From positions 19,074,444 to 19,138,443 of the forward strand of contig NC_068987.1 in NCBI RefSeq assembly GCF_001194135.2: a stretch of 64,000 bases of DNA, written 5' to 3'. This document shows, piece after piece, positions 54,801 through 64,000 of the stretch (position 1 is its first letter; every line of letters begins with the position of its first letter). The DNA is from Octopus bimaculoides. Its lineage: Eukaryota. Below the pieces are notes generated by a model that saw only the letters and a program-made list of their open reading frames with translations, was not told where the DNA came from and did no database searches. Made by a program: the position numbers and the translations under genes.

Positions 54801-57800
54801 TGGGCAGACACTCATGCATCAATTACAGCAGTAGTTAAGTCATACTCCCCCTTATATTTATATTTTATCTTCAGTGTGATCTATACATAAATTACGATAT
54901 TTTTTCTAAACACTGTTTGCATCTTAGCTGCATTTAAGTAAACGCATTTAGCTGAAAGTACTCCCCAATCAATGCTAATACAGAGTAGCCAACATCTGAA
55001 ACAACAGATACTATAAATTCTGACATATTTATCACCTTCAACCCTACATAAAATTTCATAATCAACAAACCAAACTCTAGTTTCAGTTAAGCTGTCATCT
55101 GAGTCAAGTACTTGTTAAATTCACTGGCTCTGAAAAATTCTCATATAGCAATTTGACTTCTGTTTCATCTCTTGCATTGGAGATGCCACACTTACACACA
55201 CAATCATTTGCTTCAAGCCCAGAATAAGGTCTGACAGAGAAGTCACAAAGTTTTCCATATTGCTATATGTGTCATCACTCTCGCTCTTCCTAAACCTAAC
55301 AAGCACAATCCACATGCATCCTCAGACACCTCATACCAGACCTACATTGCTTCGATTAGCAGAGATCCTGAGGAAGGAAAAGTGGCAGTGATAGTGGACA
55401 AGGGAAGAGGGTGAGGGTACTCTTTTACTTGTTTCAGTCATTTGACTGTGACCATGCTGGAGCACCAAAAAAAAAAAAAAAAAAAATTCTTACCATGAGC
55501 AGGTGGTGGTGGTGGAGGAGGAATTTCTTGGTTTGTATCATTTGGTTTGTATGGAGCAAGACTGTCAAATTCTTCTTTGCTAATCATATTCAAAGTACGA
55601 TACTCTTTGAAATCATTCTGCAATAGAAAGCAACAACATAAAAATAAAACAAAAGAAACAAACCATGCAACTATTTTTACTGGTCAGAGGGGGAGAGGGG
55701 GCGAAATTCTGAAATACAAACAAAAACAAATTTAAAAATCATTTCTATAAGGTGCAATGGTATGTTCCATCATGAAAAGTTACATCCTTAAAACTACATA
55801 CTACAGCATATTGCAGATATGCATATAGAACATATATCCAACACAGAGAAACAACTTATTATACACTAGCAAGTATTCTGCAGTGAAGTTGCTGGCAAGT
55901 GATAGGTTATGTGAATACAAGTCTTATCAGAAGGCCTACTCTCCTGAGCAGATAAATGACTAGTTACACATCAGACTATGTCCCACCATTTAAAAATTTT
56001 GTCTTTCATCTTTTCAAGGAAGGAAAAAAAAAATGCAGCCCAGTGAAATAATACAAAAATACTAGATAAACCTCAGTAACAGTCAGGATTAGCTCTTTGT
56101 TTAAAAACAAAATATTGCTTTGAGATAGCTTTGCAGATGGGAAAACAGCAATAAAGCAAACCAGGAAACTGAAGAATGTACACTTGTTTTTCAGTCTAAA
56201 ACCTGAAAGTTTGCATTCAAAATGTATCAACAGCTCACTCATCTGGTCATATATGACCAAAAGGATTTAACAATTATCATCTTGATATAATTTAACAAAA
56301 AGAAAAAAGATGTTTAATAAACTCAGCTTCAACAGGAAATTCAATAACTCCACAGATTAAAAGTAATAATAGGCTGATGAAAGATCTAACACTATCTTGC
56401 AGCTCTGAGATTTCAATGTGATTGTTTATTTTTAGAATGACAAAAGTACTTGTGTGGTGTCATGTAAAAGCACCCAGCACACACTAAAGTGGTTAGAGTT
56501 AAGAAGGGCATCCGGCTGCAGAAACCATGCCAAATCAGACTGGAGTGTGGTGCTGTCCTTCCCAGCTTGCCAGCATGGACAAAGGACGTTAAATGATGAA
56601 GATGATTGCAGGGTAGATTGTAGAGGTCAGATCAAGCTAGTTCAAATGTGAAAGAGAGAGAGAGAGAGAGAGCTCACCAGCAGATTGGTATCCCAACACA
56701 AGTTTTCATAATAGCGCAAGCCATCATTTATAATATGATAGCATTCGGTATTTATTTTCACTCTTGACGTTGCCTCATTAGTCCGGTCGCCCCCTGGATG
56801 TTTTCGGAGAGCCGGGGGTGTCTGAGTAACGATGAGAATTTTGTTAATATCTGAGTCATCAATTTCATCTGGCAAATCTTCGTCATCAGACCTGAAGAGT
56901 AAAAGACAGAAATTTATGAAAAGAAGAAAAACAAAAATAAATGTGTTAAATAAGATTTCAAATGAACACCTTTGATTATCTTATTTAGGATATAATATCA
57001 TTAGAATGTGAGTACAATCTCTAATGAACACAAAAAAAACCATAGACAATTAATAAACACAGTTAGTATTGTTAATAACAAACTGCATCAATCTGTAAGT
57101 TTAAACCCACCTAAAGGTAAGAGTTTATATCTGAATGTAAAATGAAATGTTTTTTTTTTTTAAACATCCACTTTTTCATGCTGGCATGAGATGGACAGGC
57201 TGCCCTTCTTTGTACCATTCCTTACAGTTGCCCCTTGAAACACAGGGATCCTTAATATCTTCTAAAAACCAGGACTGACATTAAATCCTTATACACACAC
57301 ACAACTCAGAAATATCTTGCTGAAAGAGTTGATGACTGAGGGGGGAAAAGGGGGGGGGGAGAAAGAAATATCTTTCACTAGGACTCAGTCAGCAGTAGGA
57401 AAAGTACTTGGGGAATCACAAACTGTCAGATAAAAAAAATATGGATAGCTGAGAGAAAAATTTGTATGGATAGATGATAAATAGATTAGTAGTATGTTCC
57501 CAATTGATTTATTGAGTAATGGGATAACAAACCAATAGTTAGAACCAGCATGCATGCAGAACAAAAGTTGTGACCCACTTCTTAAAATACGTGACATTTT
57601 GTGTCTGATCAATTTAGCATAAGAAACTTAGGTTTTTTTTCAATAGTATAAAAGCACTTAAAAGCCTAGATTTTCAGATGCCATAGATAAAACTGGTAAA
57701 ATTATTTGGCAACTTTTAAGTTAATAAAAAAATGTTTTTATAGCACAATTAATCACATTTTGAACATCTCACTCCTATTCAACACGCAACTTCTAGAGAG

Positions 57801-60800
57801 TAAAACATGCTAATTCTTTAAACAACAAAACTGTTAGTAAAATTAAACTAGGTGAAGAAAGTATGAGGACATGCACAATTTTGAAAACAAACAGATCTAT
57901 GTATGCATGCAGAGTGTTATGATGCAAATTTAAGCGAAGTAGACTTAGATTAAAAATTCAAGTTTAAAAAGAATTTTCATGCAAAACTTGAATATTTCAT
58001 TGCTTCGTCTAGATACAAAGCACTTTATATAGAAATAGCTGAAGCAGTAGTAAAAAAGACTCTTACATATTACTATTACAAGGGAGTAAAATTGTACCAG
58101 TGATAGCTGAACTAAAAAAAAAAAAAAACGAACGAGTCCCATCTCCTATAAATATGTAAGCCAATAGGAATTTAGAACTTGATGCTAAGGAGCTAAACAT
58201 GTTTACCCATGACACACAAATTCGAGTTAGACTTATGCCCTTCCAAAATGGTCAGTGGTGACTTTTGGACATAAAAGGTTTAGAAAGGTCACATCATTGC
58301 ACTAGGTGAAAATAATAATTTCTTAACCATTTTGTGATTATATCTTTCATAAAATATGGAGTTCATGTGTTACCAATAACTATGAAAATAATGAAGAATT
58401 TCTATGGATTTGGTAAACTTTAATTAATCAGTTTTTCATTATTAAGATACAGACCACAATATATCACTGACACAGAATAAACAAATTAAGAAACCTCTGT
58501 GTTATCAATTGTTATACTAGAAATACAAAGATCTCTCTCAAGTCACACCCTACCACCTTAATTAATGGTATGGCACATTGAATAATGTAGTCTTAGACAC
58601 ACTATGTATGAATAAAAGATAGGGTACTCAAAGATGGAATATCAGCTGGATCAGGGCAGACTTCTAGTTTAAATGGCCCTTAAGAGTAAGGAATAACTGT
58701 TGTAAAATGTAAGTCTAGGACTAAACACAGCATGGCATTTTGTGTAGTTTCACATTATTCCTACGAACTTGTTGCTCTAATAATAAATTTTCAGGTCTAC
58801 ATAGATTTAACAATAATAACTTTCTGCAAAGAAAAAAAAAGTTAAAAGAAAAAGATAAAGCTTGATTTAAGAAAAATGTCCAGATTGAGTAGACATCATA
58901 TATGATACTGTTTCTATGGCTGACATATGTGGCAACAGTGTACAAAATCAAACATTTGACATGTGTTCAATATGAAGAATGCATTTCTTATGTTTTGAAT
59001 TGTACTTATTCCTCAAGCTTGATAAGCAGGATAAGACCTCGATAACCGGAAGCCTGTCTATGAACAGAAGTCACACTCAATCACTAGCACTTTCTGACAT
59101 CTTGGTAAAACTGAGTCCACTTTGTAAACTAAGTATCATGGACTGATGCAAAAAGCAAAGCACCATATAACTGTACAGAATATGCTGAAACCCTCCATTG
59201 TTTAGTTTGAAGAGATGGAGTATACTAGGTTGACCAGTGCCAGATACACCATTTAAAAACTGTCAGTCTTCAATGATGACTCATCAACCCAATGGATTAT
59301 GGGATTCAAAATGAAGTAATTTGTTCACAAGGAAAGCAATTCTTTTAGCAGGGATTGAGGTTATTTACCAAGTTCTACACTCAGGCCATTATGAGCTCTT
59401 AAGCTTCTGCCAATGACAGGTTCAGGCTATGAATAACAATACCAAGGTCATCTATATATACTTCCAATTCAAAAAAAAAAAGAATGTAAATTTATAAACG
59501 AAAACAAACGAAATAAAACAAATAAACCAAAACTTTATTTTTCTTTGAAAATATAATGGAAGAATAATAAAGTGATATTTATCTCAACTGAAAAAGAAAA
59601 TAACAGAGTGGAGGGAAGAAAAGAGCACAAGACCCCTTTCTGGGTCCTTTAGTGCAATAAATATATTTGAGTTATGTTTTGCACACAATATGTTATGCAA
59701 ACAACAGTGTGTCTTTTTTCACACATCAGCAACATGTGAGCCATGTTGTACCCTGTGCTGTTTGCATATAAAAACACCAATAATTAACACCAAATTTCTG
59801 TGCCTGCACCGGTGTAAGCACAATGCAAGTCTGCTGTATTCTCATGGAATAGAAGCTATAACCAAATGCAAGTATTTTGCAATTCATCAAAATCCATGTG
59901 CAACGAAAACTGTTGAAAATATCAAGCTGAAACCAAAATGACTATGCATTGTGCAATCAGTGCTGCATTGTTGCGCATGTGATATTTCCATGTGGCATAC
60001 AATTGATCCCATATTCAAGTGCACTCCAATCTTTGAAACAGCTATCTGTGCACTCGCTCTCCAAATGGGTTAATAAACAGCATATGTATGTATGCACGTG
60101 CAAACATGCAGGTATTGTTTGTGTTCATAGAAGTTCTTTGGAAGTGTAAACTATAAAAACCACTCCAGGAGATGAAGAAATGAGAATGCACAAGAGCAAA
60201 GATGATTGAGTGTGAAAAAAATGAGAGTGAGCGAGCAATGGAAGAGAGGAATAGAGTGAGATGTTAACCCTTTTGTTACCAAAGTTCTATCGAATATACT
60301 GCATGTTTTAATATAACTTGATGTTCTAGAGGAAAGCTTTAATTTAAATCACTTTGAAAACAAAGTTTGTACCATAGAAACAATGGTGGTCACAGGTAGG
60401 GTGGTATTAAAAGGGTTAAATAAGTGAAAATGAGCATAGTGGTACAAGGAAGAGAAAAGCTGAAGGTGGAGCAGAGATAAAAAGCATTTACCTCTCTATC
60501 GCAGTCCAAATCAACAATTTCAAAAGGGAAAACCCATATTGTATGACATTGTGTGATACACTATGGGTTTATACATATACATATATCAATGATTATGTTC
60601 TTCAGAAAACAGTGGAACCTTTTCTATCCCAGACCTCACAACCAGTTAATTTTTTAAATATTAGAAGCAGAAATATCAATCCTTTAACAATCAGATTACT
60701 GTAAGATGTAATGTTTATTCATTCACATTGTTTTGAATTAAATCTTGCATTATCTTGAAACTCCAAGATTTTGATGGTGTGGAATAGTTATTTTTAGAAT

Positions 60801-62965
60801 GACATTGTATGGTAGGTGTGAGAGACTAGATCTGGCCAGTTTGAACATGAAACAACATTATGGCCGATCTAAATGCTAGAAGGTTAAAGGAAGTCATTAA
60901 TCTTCCAAATCATTGAGGTTCAAGCTTGACATAATTAGTCAATGGCCAAAACACTATTTAGGCCAATGGCTAAAAGTAAATTGTATAAACATTTTTTTTT
61001 CTAATTGAACCATGAGCAATGTAATACCTGAATATACACTGCTTCAGTGAAATAAGTCCATTAACAGATGATATATAAAACACAGCAGTGAGGATTTGAT
61101 GTAGATTATATTAGACAGCTTAACCTGACAGAAAAATGAATAACAGAACTAAGCTGTTTGTAATGGCAAGTTGATTAGACATCAATTTCTTATGAAACGG
61201 TTTAAAGAGGTCAGTTGCTTCTTGTCCAAATGTATTCCCCCCCACACCCATCATATATCTATGTATTGGTTAGACAAATGGATGGATAGAGAAGTAAATG
61301 TATATGTCCTCAGATAACTAAGAGTGCAGGAAGGAAATGCAGTCTAACTATGAAGAGGAGCTGTTTTAACGGTCTTTGCTAAATGTTTAGAAGAATTTGA
61401 AAGAAAATCAGAATTGTCCGACCATTCACTGAAGCAGTTGCGTCGTCCAACTTCAAGTTGCTCTAATTCTTCATCAAGCATAAAATTCAACTCTTCTCGC
61501 TCTGTATCATCAGCTTTATCATCCTGCTAAGACAAACCCAAGAAAAGAAGAAAAGGAAAAAAATGTTTAATGAGGTATATATATAGAAGCAACAATAAAA
61601 AAAAAAATCTTTTTTTTTTTTAAAAGAAAAATAACAGGTTAAAGGAGCCAACTGTCACCCAGCCTGCTAGAAACAGCAGCAAAACCTCCCTCAAGCCACA
61701 TCTTGCCTTACTTCTTGGGTGAAGCAATGCAGTCCTAGACACACTATGTCTGAATAAAAGATGGAACAATCAAGGTTGGAATGCTCTAGAACATAGGTCG
61801 CTGTAACGGGACTGACTTGGGGGAGGGAGAACAAAAACATTAAGTTAGGAATATGTTGTCCTTAATCATATTAAAGACTATTCTGCTAGTGAACTTTAAT
61901 CAGAATGTATGTCAGTCAAGAAATAATGAAAGAATCAGCACTGGTGGGGGGAAAAAAAAACTTACTTCAATTAAACAAATTCATTACTTTTAAGGAGGAA
62001 ATCATTAGACTCAACAAACCACAATCTCTATGGCAATTTCAGAGTGACCCAGAACATAGGCAGCCTAACGATATGATGTTAAATTGTTTGTAGTTACAGG
62101 AACAGATACTAAGCTACATTAACTGTGCAACTTGAGATCTATGTTGTTATATTCACACAAAATGTGTCAGATAATTTATAGTACTTTTTTCAATAATTCA
62201 ATACTAGTAGATTTCAGTTTCTGTTAACTTTGGTATTAGGTGGAATATCTTAGATTATAGGTCAACTCAATGGCAGAGCTGTTCTGGATCTGAACAACAA
62301 CTCATGTTAGCAACAATGTACATCATCTACAAACATAGTGAGGTTTGAAGAGAATGAGTGTAAATGACACTTCCTATCTCTCTATCTCTGCTGCAAGAGT
62401 GTGGCCACATAGTCACTGTGTTTGTGCCAGACGTTCTAACTTTAAAATGTATGCTTGATTAAGCTGTATGAAAGTGTGAATGCTATCCATTAGTGATGAA
62501 TTTTATATTTTTGCTCCAAGTTCTAAAATTTCTGCTCAGTATTGGGAAAAATTAGAGGGAATGCTGACTATTATAAAAATGTAAAAGTTTATAAAAGCAT
62601 CATCATAGATATTCCCCTTTATCAAACAAAGGTATATATTTTGAAAGAAGACCACGTTTTCTCACATAAAATAATAATCATTTAAAAGGCAAAACTCATA
62701 CTCAGATGTATATGTAAAGTTATGATTGCATTAGAAACAATTACCTCTCGACTTCGTTTTTCTTTCTGTGCACATTTCTTGCGGTTTCGTACCTGAACCC
62801 ATTCAGCCTGTAAATCTGGTGCACTTTGTGAGACGACAGGAGGTATGGTAAGTAAGTTTGAAGGAACACCTTCGGGTGTAGGTTCACTGGGAGTTTCCTC
62901 ATTTATGCTGGTGTCTTCAGATTCTTTGCTTTCAGTTCCTCCCAGGCTATGGCTATCTTCAGTAT
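46031..62965 (-). CDS. LARP1: La-related protein 1 (LARP1), 3' portion with DM15 domain; 11 exons, 5'-incomplete in this window
   Basis: Minus-strand join: 62965-62745, 61523-61423, 56891-56678, 55617-55494, 54222-54050, 52282-52158, 50939-50806, 50373-50229, 48578-48469, 47651-47527, 46162-46031. All introns are GT-AG and phases chain without a break. The translation contains LARP1 hallmark motifs: [99 protein letters not shown]. Confidence 0.96.
46460..46800 (-). mobile_element. Same SINE family, about 2 VNTR units, inverted relative to the 49437 copy
   Basis: Reverse complement matches about 49650-49950. Confidence 0.85.
47527..47651 (-). CDS. LARP1: LARP1 DM15 exon ([42 protein letters not shown])
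   Basis: Acceptor ttttaaatcag|, donor GAG|GTTTGT. Confidence 0.96.
48469..48578 (-). CDS. LARP1: LARP1 DM15 exon ([36 protein letters not shown])
   Basis: Acceptor ctttttccag|, donor ATG|GTAAGT. Confidence 0.97.
48833..48878. repeat. (GT)n microsatellite; other SSRs are (TA)n at 7298-7400 and 20470-20510, (TACA)n at 20625-20655, (AAT)n at 38332-38355, (A)n at 37873-37903
   Basis: Read directly from the sequence. Confidence 0.95.
49437..49960 (+). mobile_element. SINE with a (GAT/GAC)n tail and an internal 62-bp tandem array of about 5.7 units
   Basis: Unit starts at 49437, 49499, 49561, 49623, 49684 and 49755. The 3' body CCAGTCCTCAGTCAAATCGTCCAACCCATGCTAGC...GTTAAACGACGAC is shared with many copies. 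Confidence 0.85.
50229..50373 (-). CDS. LARP1: LARP1 DM15 exon ([49 protein letters not shown])
   Basis: Acceptor ttctgtttttag|, donor CG|GTAAGT. Confidence 0.97.
50806..50939 (-). CDS. LARP1: LARP1 exon, start of DM15 ([34 protein letters not shown])
   Basis: Acceptor ttttacccacag|, donor AAG|GTTAGT. Confidence 0.95.
52158..52282 (-). CDS. LARP1: LARP1 exon ([32 protein letters not shown]...)
   Basis: Read in a frame absent from the ORF track. Acceptor ttttctcttttag|, donor AAG|GTAATA. Confidence 0.95.
52389..52819 (-). mobile_element. Internally deleted mariner element (MITE-like)
   Basis: About 30-bp TIRs (TCAGGTCACCCCATAAGTTCTGTCCGA.TTT) with TA flanks. Retains the transposase N-terminal HTH: [34 protein letters not shown]...ERTCRRW. 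Confidence 0.88.
54050..54222 (-). CDS. LARP1: LARP1 exon ([24 protein letters not shown]...[17 protein letters not shown])
   Basis: Acceptor tttttgcag|, donor CAG|GTAATA. Contains the RSLP..VPE(S/T)P and RFYPVVK motifs. Confidence 0.93.
55494..55617 (-). CDS. LARP1: LARP1 exon ([22 protein letters not shown]...[12 protein letters not shown])
   Basis: Acceptor ctttctattgcag|, donor ATG|GTAAGA. Matches the NMISREQFDTLTPE...NQEVPP motif. Confidence 0.92.
56678..56891 (-). CDS. LARP1: LARP1 exon ([37 protein letters not shown]...INDGLRYYE...)
   Basis: Acceptor ttactcttcag|G, donor CTG|GTGAGC; 214 bp; highly conserved LARP1 motif. Confidence 0.95.
60268..60415. mobile_element. TTAA-flanked (piggyBac-like) MITE
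   Basis: TTAA|CCCTTTT ... AAAAGGG|TTAA. Confidence 0.65.
61423..61523 (-). CDS. LARP1: LARP1 exon ([34 protein letters not shown])
   Basis: Matches the EELDFLFDEEMEQMDGRKNTFTAW motif. Tandem acceptor tag/cag (start 61526 or 61523). The phase-2 donor is weak (TG|GTCGGA). Confidence 0.85.
62745..62965 (-). CDS. LARP1: LARP1 exon (DTEDSHS...[17 protein letters not shown]...SRE)
   Basis: Acceptor ttgcttactag|AT and donor GAG|GTAATT. PDL..EW.QV..RK resembles the vertebrate LARP1 PDLDSENWIEVKKR segment. Confidence 0.85.
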
Positions 62966-63566
62966 CTAGTAAGCAAATTAAAAATAAACTTGCTGAGTGT
63001 TGCAATTCATTTACATGCTCATGCCATTACTGCGGAATAGTCAGCAAGCTGAATGCCTTACCAGTGCTTATCTTTTTGAAAGCAGACCAAATTTAACAGA
63101 AATTACTTATGTTAAAGTTGGCCAAATGGTTTACATATTTGCGAGGAAGATATACTGATGAACTGAGAAGGGTGAAAAGAAATAATTATTAATCCTTTAG
63201 CATTCAGATTATTGTCAGGTGTAATGCTTATTTATTCACATTGCTTAGAATAAATCATATATTATGTTGTAGCTCAGAGATTTCAATGATGTGATTGCTT
63301 GATTTTAGACCGACATTGTAGGGTAGGGTAAGTGTAGGAGGCCAGATCTGGCCAGTCTGAATACTAAATAATTGTAAATGGTAATAACTAGGTTGCTAGT
63401 GTAATACTATAATGTAAAATGTGCCATAATGGAAACGTGTGCAACCACTGCTGGTTTACATATTTAAGAATTACTTGAATTGATTAAATACTACATAAAA
63501 AACAAATTGGCAAAAAACTATTCCACTTATGTTGGTGGAAAAACAATGGAATTATTATGGACATTA

Positions 63567-63880
63567 TCTATATATATAAAAATGAGAATGTGTGTCTGTC
63601 TGTCTGTCTGTGTGAATCCCTAAAACTCGAGAACTACGCAACCAATTTCATTCAAATTTTACACATGCCTTACTTAGGGTCCCAGTTGTGTTTTAGTCAG
63701 AATTTTTAACTTCTTGCAGAGTTCGAGCACACGGCAACATAATATATCTTCCACTATTTAAGTATTACGTGTCAAAAGTGAAACAAAAACACTCATGTCA
63801 AATACTTTCACTTTAAAAATGAAACTATTCCACTAACTGAAACAATCACATTCCGATACTGTAATGACAGATACTTTCAG
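63567..63880 (+). mobile_element. Helitron/DINE-like non-autonomous element; right boundary approximate
   Basis: Starts A|TCTATATATATAAAAATGAGAATG followed by a (TGTC)n microsatellite, typical of the 5' end of non-autonomous Helitron-type elements. Confidence 0.5.
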
Positions 63881-64000
63881 AGAGAGAGATGTATATGTAT
63901 ACATATAGATGTATATGTACACGTATATGTATAGATATATATATAGATCTATATGCATACATGTATATGTATACATGTACATATATATATAGATGTACAT

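Noticed and set aside
55121-55315. Extra LARP1 exon ([13 protein letters not shown]...)
   Set aside because: Its phase is incompatible, and the chain 56678->55617 already closes correctly.
57385-57430. Poison exon in the LARP1 61422-56892 intron
   Set aside because: It has an acceptor-like site but no convincing donor.

Overview
AT-rich, intron-rich animal genomic DNA with five assembly gaps. The repeat families resemble those I recall from Octopus/coleoid genomes; this is inference from repeat appearance, not a database result. Two protein-coding genes can be rebuilt exon by exon with consistent splice phases, both on the minus strand. (1) A complete 3-exon THEM6 (thioesterase superfamily member 6), about 207 aa, at 16955-21911. 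(2) The 3' half of LARP1, 11 exons at 46031-62965, including the full DM15 cap/TOP-binding domain; the 5' exons lie beyond the right edge of the window. The rest is SINEs (several with clear TSDs), Tc1/mariner relics and MITEs, hAT- and piggyBac-like MITEs, a Helitron-like element and microsatellites. There is no prokaryotic content, no CRISPR array and no rRNA or tRNA gene, and I cannot support a clearly new biological system. The best leads are: a 233-bp CpG-rich foldback MITE with telomeric repeats in its arms and a 9-bp TSD, about 1 kb upstream of THEM6; a SINE carrying an expandable 62-bp VNTR; an inverted SINE pair bracketing two DM15 exons; a weak LARP1 donor whose read-through would give a DM15-less isoform; a His-to-Tyr change at a TOP-binding position of DM15; and a possible spliced non-coding transcript at 9-15 kb.
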